Positions 11,447-20,934 of a stretch of 64,000 nucleotides of DNA are shown here, piece after piece. Every line of letters begins with the position of its first letter. The stretch's first letter is position 1. The stretch covers positions 3,584,001 through 3,648,000 of the forward strand of contig OY970303.1 of the NCBI GenBank assembly GCA_963716255.1, written 5' to 3'. The position numbers were made by a program, and so were the translations under genes. The notes beneath the pieces are model-generated. The model did not search any database. It was not told the DNA's origin and saw only the letters and a list, made by a program, of their open reading frames with translations. This stretch comes from an uncultured Gemmatimonadales bacterium. GTDB lineage: Bacteria; Gemmatimonadota; Gemmatimonadetes; Longimicrobiales; Longimicrobiaceae.

Positions 11447-11602
11447 CGTGCGATCCCCCTTTGGGGCTGACGAGCCCCCGGGGAAACCCCGCGAGGGGAT
11501 GCCGCTCCTGCTCCGGGCTGAAAGGCCGGTGCAGGAGCGGCACCCCGCTTGTCACCGGGCCGAGGTGTCCGACGTGTCTTTCGGCCAGGCGCCGGTCCAG
11601 AG

Positions 11603-11782
11603 CTAAGTGATCGAGGGCTTCTGGCTGGTCTGGCCGGTGTAGGTCCCGCAGCTGAAGGTTCCGCAATCACCGCCGCCAGCGACATCCTCGAGATCCTGCT
11701 CGTCCAGCTGGTCGGCGTCTAGGTTGTCGGCGTTGAGGTTGACCAGTTCCTCGTGCTCGGGCTGCTTGTGTTCGTCGCTCAT
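11603..11782 (-). CDS. Double-glycine RiPP precursor (59 aa); core GDCGTFSCGTYTGQTSQKPSIT
   Basis: GGAGGA RBS before ATG 11782; acidic leader ending LDEQDLEDVAGG; directly downstream of the radical SAM gene. Confidence 0.88.
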   Translation of the reverse strand: MSDEHKQPEHEELVNLNADNLDADQLDEQDLEDVAGGGDCGTFSCGTYTGQTSQKPSIT

Positions 11783-11887
11783 CGTACCGTCCTCCATGAG
11801 TGGTGAAAACGCCTCCGGAGAAGCCCGGAGGAGGGTGCCGCCCATGCGCCGGCCATGCCGCTCGGCGCGAGGCAGCAGCGTACGGCG

Positions 11888-13393
11888 CTATAGGTCGCAG
11901 ACCCGCGTCTGCTGCACCTGCTCCGCGCCATTTACGTGGTCGACGTACGCTTTTGCCACCGAGTGGCGGAAGCGGTCGGCGAAGCCGTCGCAGTAGTTGG
12001 AGAAGAACTTGCCTTTCTGGCCTTCCGCGAGCACCGCGCAGCCGCCTCCGCAGTGGAGCGCGTAGCGGCACTTGCGGCACGTGGGGTTGCTGGCGGGGGT
12101 GCGGCTGCGCCACATCCGGTTGAGGCCCTCGTTCATCTCCACCTCCCCGCCGTCGAGCACGCTGCCGATGCGGACCCGCGTGTCGCCCGTGCGCTCCCAG
12201 CAGGCGTAGATGTCGCCGAAGGCGTCGAAGATGTACATCCCCGTGTGCGCGCCGCAGAAGCTGCTCTTGAGCTGTGACAGCCCGTGGGCCCGGCTCTCGA
12301 AGATCTGCCGCGCGCGATGCTCCATGCCGTCGTCGGGCCTGCCGATGACGCGCATGGCGGGGTAGATGGCGCGCAGCTCGTCGATCGCGTTGTCCAGCTC
12401 CCAGGTGGTCGGGAAGATGTCGCGGATGCTCGTCTTCTCGCTGCCCATGGTGATCGGGGCCGTGTAGACCGAGAACCGCCGGTCCCGGTCCCAACCCCTT
12501 GCGACGATCTCCTCGGCGAGGCGCGGCATCTCCCTGATGTTCCTGGGGTCCAGGTTGACCCGCACCGACACCACCACCCCGTGCTCCAGGCACAGGTCGA
12601 TGTTGCGCGCGATCTGCTCGAAGGTCCCGGAGCCGTCGGCGCGGATCCGGCGCCGGTCATGCTCCTCCGGTGGGCCGTCGAGCGTGATCTGGATCATGGC
12701 GATCCCCTCCGGCCCCAGTAGCTCCCCGTACGTTTCCAGCTCCGTCGCGTTGCTGACCGCCCAGAAGCGCGCCGGACCAAGCGCGCGGGCCCGGTTAATG
12801 ATGTACTCGATGATCTGCCGGTTCCCGGCCAGGAGCGGCTCCCCGCCGAAGAAGCCGATGTTGCGCGTGATCTCGTCCCCGTCCTCGGCGCCGTGGCTGC
12901 GCTCGATGGTGGGCATGGCCGCGAAGATCCGGTTCACCGTGTCCGGCGAGACGGTGCGCAGCAGGTGGCTGAACTCCGCCTTCGTGCGCATGTGGTCCTG
13001 GAAGCAGTACGCGCAGCGCAGGTTGCAGTTGTAGGTGGGCATGAAGATGTAGCTGACCCTTTCCATCGCCTTGTGGTGCCGCTTCTTGGTGAACCGCGCG
13101 AAGAAGCCTTCCTCCTCCTGGACGGACATCTCCGTCATGTAGCCGCGCTTGCGCAGCATCTCGAGGGTCCGGTCCGAGGGCACGGCGGCCGCGGTCGTGC
13201 GGGCCAGCGCCGGCTCCGATTCCCACTTGCCGTGCAGCGGCTGGGGCGGCGGTCCCGTCTCCAGCGACTGGAGGTACTCGGCGACGCTCCGCGAGACCTT
13301 GTCGTACGCCCCCGTATAGCCATGGACGAGCAGCGTGCCGTCGCTGGCGTCCGGCAGCGGGGCGTAGATGGTGTAGCTGCTCGTCCGAAGCAT
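11888..13393 (-). CDS. Radical SAM/SPASM-domain peptide maturase
   Basis: CNLRCAYC motif, FFGGEPLL, SPASM cysteines (FCGA...YACW...CRKCRYALHCGGGC...YC); N-terminal extension may be an RRE; GGGAG RBS before ATG 13393. Confidence 0.93.
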   Translation of the reverse strand: MLRTSSYTIYAPLPDASDGTLLVHGYTGAYDKVSRSVAEYLQSLETGPPPQPLHGKWESEPALARTTAAAVPSDRTLEMLRKRGYMTEMSVQEEEGFFARFTKKRHHKAMERVSYIFMPTYNCNLRCAYCFQDHMRTKAEFSHLLRTVSPDTVNRIFAAMPTIERSHGAEDGDEITRNIGFFGGEPLLAGNRQIIEYIINRARALGPARFWAVSNATELETYGELLGPEGIAMIQITLDGPPEEHDRRRIRADGSGTFEQIARNIDLCLEHGVVVSVRVNLDPRNIREMPRLAEEIVARGWDRDRRFSVYTAPITMGSEKTSIRDIFPTTWELDNAIDELRAIYPAMRVIGRPDDGMEHRARQIFESRAHGLSQLKSSFCGAHTGMYIFDAFGDIYACWERTGDTRVRIGSVLDGGEVEMNEGLNRMWRSRTPASNPTCRKCRYALHCGGGCAVLAEGQKGKFFSNYCDGFADRFRHSVAKAYVDHVNGAEQVQQTRVCDL

Positions 13394-13534
13394 GGTGATC
13401 TCCCGGGGCTGAGTTGAAAGGTGTGGCCTGGCAGGTGAGCGGTCCGTCGCGTGCCGATGATCCGGTGCCGTACACGGCAGGTGCTGCAATCGGAGAATGC
13501 GGTATGGGAAATTGTCGCTCCGGTGCTGATGGGT

Positions 13535-13590
13535 AGCAACGGGCATGCCTCTGTTATATTTCGTCGTAAATATTGATTGATTAATGTTTT
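13535..13590 (-). promoter_or_regulatory. Putative sigma54 promoter with an upstream AT-rich tract, driving the radical SAM operon
   Basis: Minus strand AGGCATGCCCGTTGCT (13550-13535) fits TGGCACG-N4-TTGCW spacing; preceded by an AT-rich tract containing AATCAA. Confidence 0.6.
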
Positions 13591-13699
13591 ATGTGCTCGT
13601 GGCCGGGCGGGGCGGGTGCGTGGAGTCGCGCCCTCACTCTATTCATAGGGGCGGCGCTCTACTCCCCGCTTGGATCGCCGGAACCCGGCAAGAACGACC

Positions 13700-13732
13700 G
13701 AGCCCCGGCGCGACTCGGTCGCTCCGGGGCTC
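13700..13732. terminator. GC-rich hairpin downstream of the L,D-transpeptidase
   Basis: gagccccggcgcgac-tcg-gtcgctccggggctc inverted repeat. Confidence 0.5.
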
Positions 13733-13753
13733 GCCTGCTCTCCGTCGTCCGGC

Positions 13754-14575
13754 TCAGTAGATGTACACCGGCGTCCCCACGGGCACCTTCCGGTAAAGAA
13801 GCTCCAGGTCCGCCTCGCGCAGGCGGATGCACCCGTGCGTCACCTCGCTCCCGATGGAGTCCTGGTACGGCGTGCCGTGCAGGTAGTACCCGCCCCCCAT
13901 GTCCAGCTTGTACTTCCCCAGCTCGCCCGGCATCCGCCGGTTCACGGTTTCCGGGGGCGGCGCGAAGAGCGTGTCGTTGAACACCGCCTCCTCGCCCACC
14001 GGCACCGGCTGGAAGCTCCCGTCCGCCAGCAGCCGCCCGATGCGGTTCCCCCGCACCGCCACCCAACTGCCGTCGCCCAGCGGCATCCTCTGCCCGCTGC
14101 CCAGGAACTCCAGCTGGAGCCCCAGCTTCAGCGCCAGCTCCACGTAGTGCCAGTCGGGCGGGACCCAGACGGGGTTGCGCTGCTTGGTGGTGATGGTGCG
14201 CCGGCCGCGCGGGGTGGAGAAGTTCCACTCCTTTCCCTCGTACTCCATGACCACCGCCTTCCCCACCGCCACCGGGGCCGCGTGCAGCACCGTCGTCCCC
14301 TGCTTCAACCAGAGGGTGCGGTCCCTCAGCGACACGATCACCCGCAGTCCCCGGGCGCGCTCCGCATCGGCGAGGATCCGCGCGCCCAGCGCGTCGGTGG
14401 GGGCGGACGGAGCCGACCGCGCCGTGTCCACCCCCGCCGGTTGCCCGGGAGCGGCCACGAGGGCCACGACCGAGCTGGCCGCTGCCTGGGCGCGCGCGCC
14501 CGAGGGCGCCGCGAAGGCGAGCGGGAGAAGGAGGAGCCGGGCGAGCGCCGGCGCGGAGACACGGAAGGAAATCAC
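13754..14575 (-). CDS. L,D-transpeptidase (YkuD/ErfK family), exported
   Basis: YYLHGT...THGCIRL motif, NPVWVPPDW, signal peptide; start uncertain (GTG 14575 chosen). Confidence 0.9.
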   Translation of the reverse strand: MISFRVSAPALARLLLLPLAFAAPSGARAQAAASSVVALVAAPGQPAGVDTARSAPSAPTDALGARILADAERARGLRVIVSLRDRTLWLKQGTTVLHAAPVAVGKAVVMEYEGKEWNFSTPRGRRTITTKQRNPVWVPPDWHYVELALKLGLQLEFLGSGQRMPLGDGSWVAVRGNRIGRLLADGSFQPVPVGEEAVFNDTLFAPPPETVNRRMPGELGKYKLDMGGGYYLHGTPYQDSIGSEVTHGCIRLREADLELLYRKVPVGTPVYIY

Positions 14576-14707
14576 TGTACGGCCTGGTTCGATCTCGGTT
14601 CTGGGGGAGCCGCCGCGCGGTGCGTCCGGCCCGGTCGGGCGGCCCGACGGGCCACCCCTTCGCAAGACAGGCGCCGCTGGAGGCGGCGCCTGTCCCGGGT
14701 GGTGCGT

Positions 14708-15763
14708 CTACTCCTCGCCTTCGCCGTTCTTGCGGCGCCGCCGCCGCATGGCCGCCACCCCCGCCAGCCCGGTTCCCAGGAGCACCATGCTCACCGGCTC
14801 GGGGACCACCTCGCCCGGAGGCGGTCCCGGAGGTCCCGGGGGCCCTGGAGGTCCCGGAGGGCCGGGCTCGCCCGGCGTCCCCGGCGTGCCGGGGGTTCCC
14901 GGCGTCCCAGGCGTTCCCGGAGGCCCGGGCTCCCCCGGAGTACCGGGAGTCCCAGGTGTGCCCGGCGTCCCGGGTGTGCCGGGGGTACCCGGCGTTCCAG
15001 GTGTCCCCGGAATCCCGGGCTCTCCGGGCGTTCCAGGTGTCCCCGGAGTGCCGGGCGTCCCAGGTGTACCCGGGGTCCCAGGTGTGCCGGGCGTGCCAGG
15101 GGTACCCGGCGTTCCCGGAGTGCCGGGCGTTCCCGGAGGACCCGGCTCCCCCGGCGTGCCGGGTGTTCCCGGAGGTCCGGCGGGCCCCTCGGGGCCGGCG
15201 GGTCCCGGAGGCGGCTGGCCGCCCGGCGGGGTGGCCCCGCTCACGCCGCCGTCGTCGTCGCCGATCATGGTGTACCCCGCGAGCCCGAGCAGCGGGATGG
15301 AGGCCAGGTACCCCAGCCGAGTCCCCGGCGTCGCCACCGGCACGTCCGGGAACACCTGCGGCGAGTTCATCAGCAGGGGCGGGGTGGCACCCACGGGGAT
15401 GCCGCCGCGCGGAGCCCGCGCCGCGATGTAGCATACCGACAGGTCCTTGCACACGCGGTAGCGGATCGTGTCGCCGGCCGCCTCTGCCGCTTGGTACTCC
15501 TCGCGGAGGAACGAGGCGAACTGCGTCCCGCCGTCCGCCGCCCGGAAGGCGGTGCCGCCGGGCGCGCCGGCCCCTCCGCCCCCGCCGGCGGCTCCCCCGC
15601 CGCCACCCGGCGCCCGCAGGCCGGTGCTGCTGTAGGCGCCGCGCAGGACACTCCCGAAACCAGCACCCGAATCGGACTTCGCCACCAGACCCTGCGCGAG
15701 GAAGCCCAGCATACCGACCCCACCACCTACGGTGATGAGCACGAACGACGTAGCACGGCGCAT
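14708..15763 (-). CDS. Collagen-like PEP-CTERM surface protein
   Basis: GGGAGGT RBS before ATG 15763; N-terminal hydrophobic segment; 43 Gly-X-Y triplets; C-terminal [26 protein letters not shown]. Confidence 0.9.
   Translation of the reverse strand: MRRATSFVLITVGGGVGMLGFLAQGLVAKSDSGAGFGSVLRGAYSSTGLRAPGGGGGAAGGGGGAGAPGGTAFRAADGGTQFASFLREEYQAAEAAGDTIRYRVCKDLSVCYIAARAPRGGIPVGATPPLLMNSPQVFPDVPVATPGTRLGYLASIPLLGLAGYTMIGDDDGGVSGATPPGGQPPPGPAGPEGPAGPPGTPGTPGEPGPPGTPGTPGTPGTPGTPGTPGTPGTPGTPGTPGTPGTPGEPGIPGTPGTPGTPGTPGTPGTPGTPGTPGEPGPPGTPGTPGTPGTPGTPGEPGPPGPPGPPGPPGPPPGEVVPEPVSMVLLGTGLAGVAAMRRRRRKNGEGEE
14819..15205 (-). repeat. 9-bp-period coding repeat (43 Gly-X-Y triplets, mostly GTP, some GEP/GPP)
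   Basis: 387 nt of uninterrupted Gly-X-Y codons with synonymous variation. Confidence 0.95.
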
Positions 15764-15893
15764 ATCGACCTCCCTGCGGTGACGGTACCGGTGTCCTGGG
15801 ACAGACCGCAGCGCTGCAGAACCGACATGGGACCCGGCGTGCCGCCTGCCGGCGGCGTGCCCTCGGAGCGTCCCACACGCATGTTTTGACGTG

Positions 15894-15957
15894 GCAAAAC
15901 GTGTACCTGGAAAACTATGTAGCACGAGCACCGCTCCGGTGCAACAAAGTGTTTCAC
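15894..15957 (-). promoter_or_regulatory. Putative sigma54 promoter and palindromic operator upstream of the PEP-CTERM gene
   Basis: Minus strand AGGTACACGTTTTGC (GG-N10-GC) at 15908-15894; near-palindrome GTGCAACA-AAG-TGTTTCAC at 15939-15957. Confidence 0.5.
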
Positions 15958-16193
15958 CCGCGCAACACTTCCGGCCGGTCCGGCCGGAGCGCCCGGAGCA
16001 GGGGAGCGTCCAGGGGCGTACGGGCGCGCTGAACGGGTGTGCGCAGCGGAGCCGAGCCCACGCGGGCGTCCGCGGGGGTGTCGCGCCGGGGCACCCCGCC
16101 GTACGTTCAGCGACGCGGCCCCGAACGCGCCCGCGCGTGATCCGGAAACCCTCCCGATCCCGCCGTGGGGCGGCCCCCGACCCTCGCGTTCCC

Positions 16194-17696
16194 ATGAACG
16201 TCGCGCAGAACCTGGAGCGCTCCGCCCGGCTCTTCCCGGACGCGCCCGCGATCGTGTTCGAGGGGCGGACCCTTTCCTACCGCGAGCTGGACGCGCGGGC
16301 GAGCCGCGCGGCGCACGCGCTGGAGGCGCTGGGCGTGGCCCCCGGCGACCGGGTCGCCTTCTTTCTCCCCAACGTGCCGGAGTTCGCCGTCGTGTACCTG
16401 GCGGCGATGAAGGTGGGCGCCGTCGCGGTGTCGCTGAACGCGCTGCTCAGGACGGAAGAGGCCCGCTACGTCCTGGAGGACAGCGGCGCGGGGGTGCTCT
16501 TCACCACGGCGGCGCTCTTCGAGCCCGTTGCGTCGCTGCGCGACATCGTTGCATCGCTGCGACACGTGGTGCTCTGCGAGGGGGAGGCGCCCGGGGAAAC
16601 GGCGACGCTGGACGCCTTGTCCGAGGGGATGCCGGCGGAGCGCCGCGCCCGCGAGATGAGCCGGGACGACCCGGCGGCGGTCCTCTACACCTCCGGCACC
16701 ACCGGGCGGCAGAAGGGGGCGACCCTGTCGCACGGCAACGTGGTCTCCAACGCCCATGCCACGCGCCACTGCGTGGGCTCGCGTCCGGGCGACCGGCACG
16801 CGCTCTTCCTGCCGCTCTTCCACTGCTTCGGGCAGAACTTCGTCCTGGGCGCGGCGCTGGCCTCCGGCGGCACCGTGCTCCTGCACCGGCGGTTCGACCC
16901 GGACGCCACCCCCGCGGCGCTCCGCGAGCAGGGGATGACGCACCTGTACGCCGTCCCCACCATCTACATCTACCTGCTGAACGAGGGCATCGCCCCGGCC
17001 GACCTCCCCGGGCTGCGCTACAGCTTCTCCGCCGCGGCCACCCTGCCCGTGGAGGTGGCGAGGCGCTGGCAGGACCTGTTCGGGATGCCGGTGTTCGAGG
17101 GGTACGGGCTCACGGAGACGTCGCCCTTCGCCGCGTACAACCACGAGTTCGCGCACCGGCCGGGCTCCATCGGCGCGCCGGTGGAGAACGTGGAGATGCG
17201 GGTGGTGGGCCCGGACGACGCGGAGGTGGCGGACGGCGAGTGGGGGGAGATCTGCATCCGCGGCCCCAACGTGATGCTGGGGTACTGGGAGCGGCCGGCA
17301 GAGTCGGCGGAGGCGCTGCGGGGCGGGTGGTTCCACTCCGGCGACGTGGGCTACCGCGACGCGGACGGCTACTTCTACCTGGTGGACCGGGTCAAGGACA
17401 TGATCAACGCCGCCGGCTTCAAGGTGTGGCCGCGCGAGGTGGAGGAGGTGCTGTACGCGCACCCGGCTGTGCGGGAGTGCGCCGTCGTGGGGCTGCCGGA
17501 CGCGGTGAAGGGCGAGACGGTGGCGGCGTTCGTGGTGCTGCGGCCGGGGGAGGCGTGCACGGCGGAGGAGGTGGCGGCCTACTGCCGCGAGCGCATGGCG
17601 GCGTACAAGGTGCCGCGCGAGGTGCGCTTCGTGGAGGCGGTGCCCAAGAGCCCCACCGGCAAGATCCTGAAGCGCGTGCTGCGGGAGGAGGGGTGA
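16194..17696 (+). CDS. Long-chain fatty acid--CoA ligase / AMP-binding enzyme
   Basis: [40 protein letters not shown]. Confidence 0.92.
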   Translation: MNVAQNLERSARLFPDAPAIVFEGRTLSYRELDARASRAAHALEALGVAPGDRVAFFLPNVPEFAVVYLAAMKVGAVAVSLNALLRTEEARYVLEDSGAGVLFTTAALFEPVASLRDIVASLRHVVLCEGEAPGETATLDALSEGMPAERRAREMSRDDPAAVLYTSGTTGRQKGATLSHGNVVSNAHATRHCVGSRPGDRHALFLPLFHCFGQNFVLGAALASGGTVLLHRRFDPDATPAALREQGMTHLYAVPTIYIYLLNEGIAPADLPGLRYSFSAAATLPVEVARRWQDLFGMPVFEGYGLTETSPFAAYNHEFAHRPGSIGAPVENVEMRVVGPDDAEVADGEWGEICIRGPNVMLGYWERPAESAEALRGGWFHSGDVGYRDADGYFYLVDRVKDMINAAGFKVWPREVEEVLYAHPAVRECAVVGLPDAVKGETVAAFVVLRPGEACTAEEVAAYCRERMAAYKVPREVRFVEAVPKSPTGKILKRVLREEG

Positions 17697-17765
17697 GCGA
17701 AGGGGCCGCGGCGGGAGGCGCCTGCCCGCAGCACGAGAACTTTCTGGTGGAGACCGACAGCAACC

Positions 17766-18350
17766 ATGCAGCAGACGGACATCGAGGGAACGCTGGAATT
17801 CCTCCGCGCGGCGGAGCAGCTCAAGAACGTGGTGCGGAACTCGTGGACCTCGGAGGGGCAGCGGGAAAGCGTGGCGGAGCACACCTGGCGGCTCTGCCTG
17901 ATGTCGGTGGTGTTCGCCGACAGCTTCCCGGGCGTGGACTTCGCCCGGCTGGTGAAGATCTGCGTCATCCACGACCTGGGCGAGGCCATCGGCGGCGACA
18001 TCCCCGCCATCGAGCAGACGGACGGCGCCCCCAAGGCCATCCAGGAGCGGGAGGACCTGCTCCAGCTCATCCGCCCGCTCCCGGAGCGCCTGCGGGCGGA
18101 GATGACCGCCCTGTGGGACGAGTACGAGGAGGCGGCCACCCCGGAGGCGCGGCTCGCCAAGGCGCTGGACAAGCTGGAAACCATCATGCAGCACAACCAG
18201 GGAAGGAACCCGGCCGGCTTCGACTACCGGTTCAACCTGGACTACGGGAAGCGGTACACCACGGGGGATCCGCTCATCGAGTCCATCCGCGAGATCCTGG
18301 ACCGGGACACCGAGCGGCGGGCGCAGGAGTCGGGGGCTGAAGGTGGTTGA
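17766..18350 (+). CDS. HD-domain phosphohydrolase (YfbR/HDDC2-like)
   Basis: LKNVVR...ESVAEHTW...IHDLGEA...KALDKLE. Confidence 0.9.
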   Translation: MQQTDIEGTLEFLRAAEQLKNVVRNSWTSEGQRESVAEHTWRLCLMSVVFADSFPGVDFARLVKICVIHDLGEAIGGDIPAIEQTDGAPKAIQEREDLLQLIRPLPERLRAEMTALWDEYEEAATPEARLAKALDKLETIMQHNQGRNPAGFDYRFNLDYGKRYTTGDPLIESIREILDRDTERRAQESGAEGG

Positions 18351-18361
18351 GCTGGGGGTGT

Positions 18362-18495
18362 GGGCGTGCCCCCGGCGGGGCGCCGGGGTCGGGCTTCGGC
18401 TCCGTAACGCACGAAACGACCGTGCGTAACGGAGTCGAGCCCCGCGGAAACTGCCCCGCGGGTCTCGCCCCTTCGGGCCGAAATCCCTCACGCGG
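18362..18495 (+). repeat. Structured intergenic element, copy 1
   Basis: GGGCGTGCCCC...GGGGTCGGGCT...ATCCCTCACGCGG with nested stems; homologous to five other copies. Confidence 0.9.
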
Positions 18496-18541
18496 GGCTC
18501 TCGCTGGCGTCCGCTGAAGCCCCCACCCGGCTCGCTTGAGG

Positions 18542-18616
18542 CTCGCCTCCGTTGGGCTGCGTTGTTTGCAGCCCTACGGAGCCGCAGCCCGACCCCGCGC
18601 CAGCGGGGGCACGCCC
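18542..18616 (-). repeat. Structured intergenic element, partial copy (5' half), inverted relative to copy 1
   Basis: Reverse complement GGGCGTGCCCCCGCTGGCGCGGGGTCGGGCTGCGGCTCCGTAGGGCTGCAAACAACGCAGCCCAACGGAG. Confidence 0.85.
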
Positions 18617-18627
18617 TCACCCGCCGT

Positions 18628-18948
18628 TCACGAAACGTCGGTCTTCACCCACTGGATGCGCCGGTGCCGCGTCCCCTCCAGCGCCGCACGCAGCCGCCGC
18701 AGCGCCTCCCGCCGGGCCCCGTCCGCCGAGTCCGCGTCCACGGCCACCTCCACGAGCACCCGGTACCCCACCCGGAACTCCTCCACGATGCGCCCCGCGG
18801 CCTCCGTGCGCTGCACCTCCGCCACCTCCACGCGCGCCGCCGGCAGGGCGCGCACGATCTCCTTTTCCACCTGGTGCTCGGCGTCGGCGAGCCCGTAGGC
18901 CGGCAGCTCGGCGCGCCCCCGGCCCTCCGCGCGGACCGTGTACCTCAC
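18628..18948 (-). CDS. Hypothetical protein (106 aa), translationally coupled to the kinase
   Basis: GTG start overlaps the kinase TGA (GTGA); MRYTVRAEGRGRAELPAYGLADAEHQVEKEI... Confidence 0.7.
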   Translation of the reverse strand: MRYTVRAEGRGRAELPAYGLADAEHQVEKEIVRALPAARVEVAEVQRTEAAGRIVEEFRVGYRVLVEVAVDADSADGARREALRRLRAALEGTRHRRIQWVKTDVS

Positions 18949-20714
18949 TCCCGCGGGATCAGGATGGTGTCGCGCGGGGCGGGGCGGCGCGGCTGCGGCG
19001 GGCTGGGGCGCGGCTCCACGGGCGGCTGCTGCACGGGCTGGGGGACGCTGTCCAGCGGCAGCGTGTCCGGGAGCGGGGCGCGAGCCGCCTGGAGGGTGCG
19101 GATGCGCTCCTCGGCGACGCGGCGGCCGGGCTCGTACGTGCTCAGCTCCATGTAGCGCTCCAGCGCCGCGATGGCGCCGGTGGTGTCGCCCACCACCAGC
19201 GCGGCGTCGGCCAGGTGGTTGTATGCCACCACGCGCGACGGGTCCACCTCGGTCGCGCGGCGGATCTGCGCGAGCGCTTCCGCGGGCTGCCCCGCCTGGA
19301 GCAGGGCGTAGCCGAAGTTGTCCAGGTACTCCGCGTTCTCCGGCTCGATGCCCACGGCGCGGCGGAACTGCTCCACGGCCGTGGGATAGTCGCCCGCCTG
19401 CATGTAGCGCAGCCCCTCCTCGTTCGCCACCGCGGCGTCCACGGTCGTGGGGCCCTGGGGGACGGTGTCGACGGCGATCGTGTCCGCGGCGGCGCTGTCC
19501 GGGAGCTCGTCCAGCGGGCGCGCGGCGGTGCGGGAGTCGCGCTGGCCGGCCACGTACATGGCGAACGCGCCCCCGGCCAGCAGGAGGAGGAGCACCAGCG
19601 CCCACGTCCACCCGCGGCCCCGGCGCGGCTCCGGCTCGCGGCGGGGCGGGGGCGCCACCCCGGCCGGCGGCGCCGCGGCCGGGGCCGCCGCTGCCGGCGG
19701 CGCGGCGCGCGGGACGCCCGCGCCGGGCGGGGCGATCAGCGTGCGGTCGTCGGCGTCGTCCACCCGCGTGCGGTCCTCGCCCGGCGGGATGAACCCGGGG
19801 GGCGCGTACGGGGGGAGCGTGGTCTCGCCCATGGTGCGGCGGGCGCGGTCCAGCGCCTCGGCGAAGGCGCCCGCGTGCGGGTAGCGCTCCTCCGGGTCGC
19901 TCGCCATGGCGCGCAGCACCACCTCCTCCACCTCCGGGGGGATGGCGGGGTTGCGCGCGCGGATGGAGGGAGCGGGCACCGGCAGGCCGATCCCCATGCG
20001 GTTGCGGTCCGCCTCGTTGAAGGGGCGGTCGCCGGTGAGCAGCTGGAAGGCCACCGCGCCCAGAGAGAACACGTCCGAGGCCGGCGTCAGGCGCGCCTCG
20101 CCGCGGAGCTGCTCGGGGGAGGCGTAGGTGGGCGACAGCGGGGCGCGCCCGTCCTGGGTGAGCTGCGTGAAGGTGTCCTCCTCGGCGATCACCTTGGCGA
20201 TGCCGAAGTCCAGCACCCGCACCTGCATCTCGTCGCCCTCGTCGGTGCGGACGATGAAGATGTTCCCCGGCTTGACGTCGCGGTGGATCACGCCGGAGCG
20301 GTGCCCCACGTGCAGCCCGCGCGCCGCCTGGCGCAGGATCTCCAGCGTCTGCGGGAGCGGGGGCGGGCCCACGGCCAGGCGGGTGGCCAGGTCGTCGCCG
20401 CGCAGCAGCTCCATGACGATGAAGTCCAGCCCCAGCACGGGGTCCGTCCCGTAGTCGTACACGGGGACCACGTTGGGGTGGTGCGGGAGGCGAGCCGCGG
20501 CGGCGGCCTCGTGCCGGAAGCGCGCGCGGATGCGCTCGCGGGCGGCGGGGTCGGCGGCGCCCATCACGGTGATCACCTTCACCGCGACGTGGCGCCCCAG
20601 CCGCTCGTCCGTGGCGCGGTACACCGCACCCATTCCCCCCCGGCCGATCACCTCCTCGATGCGGTAGCGGTCCACCAGAACCCGCCCCGTGAGCAGCGAC
20701 TCGAACCCCGACAT
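18945..20714 (-). CDS. Hanks-type Ser/Thr protein kinase with TM segment and external TPRs
   Basis: GRGGMGAVY, VAVK, HRDVKPGN, DFG, SDVFSLG; TM WALVLLLLLAGG; TPR YLDNFGYALL. Confidence 0.95.
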   Translation of the reverse strand: MSGFESLLTGRVLVDRYRIEEVIGRGGMGAVYRATDERLGRHVAVKVITVMGAADPAARERIRARFRHEAAAAARLPHHPNVVPVYDYGTDPVLGLDFIVMELLRGDDLATRLAVGPPPLPQTLEILRQAARGLHVGHRSGVIHRDVKPGNIFIVRTDEGDEMQVRVLDFGIAKVIAEEDTFTQLTQDGRAPLSPTYASPEQLRGEARLTPASDVFSLGAVAFQLLTGDRPFNEADRNRMGIGLPVPAPSIRARNPAIPPEVEEVVLRAMASDPEERYPHAGAFAEALDRARRTMGETTLPPYAPPGFIPPGEDRTRVDDADDRTLIAPPGAGVPRAAPPAAAAPAAAPPAGVAPPPRREPEPRRGRGWTWALVLLLLLAGGAFAMYVAGQRDSRTAARPLDELPDSAAADTIAVDTVPQGPTTVDAAVANEEGLRYMQAGDYPTAVEQFRRAVGIEPENAEYLDNFGYALLQAGQPAEALAQIRRATEVDPSRVVAYNHLADAALVVGDTTGAIAALERYMELSTYEPGRRVAEERIRTLQAARAPLPDTLPLDSVPQPVQQPPVEPRPSPPQPRRPAPRDTILIPRE

Positions 20715-20761
20715 TCGTTCTTTCGATTCCAGGTTGTTTGGACGGCACGGACGACGGATTT

Positions 20762-20894
20762 GGGCGTGCCCCCGGCTGCGCCGGGGTCGGGCTGCGCGCT
20801 GCGTAGGGAACGATACTACCGTTCCCAACGCAGCCGAGCCCCGCCGAAACCGCCCGGCGGGTCTCGGCCCTCCGGGCGCGCATCCCTCACGCGG
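20762..20894 (+). repeat. Structured intergenic element, copy 2 (most divergent)
   Basis: Same termini; stems differ in sequence but remain complementary. Confidence 0.85.
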
Positions 20895-20934
20895 GCGCCT
20901 TCGCGGGGGCCGGCTTCAGCGCCGCCGCCCCGCG

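Noticed and set aside
14819..15205. Possible CRISPR array
   Set aside because: 9-bp coding periodicity, no unique spacers, no cas genes.
14175..15431. Plus-strand ORF with elastin-like (GVP)n repeats
   Set aside because: Antisense reading of the collagen repeat; the minus strand has the RBS, signal segment and PEP-CTERM anchor.
16194..17696. Acyl-CoA ligase as a RiPP lipidation enzyme
   Set aside because: Divergently transcribed, separated from the cluster by two unrelated genes, and no ACP or acyltransferase partner nearby.
18362..18495. Structured element as a tRNA, riboswitch or simple terminator
   Set aside because: No tRNA D/T-loop consensus, no consistent orientation or position relative to genes, no U-tract.
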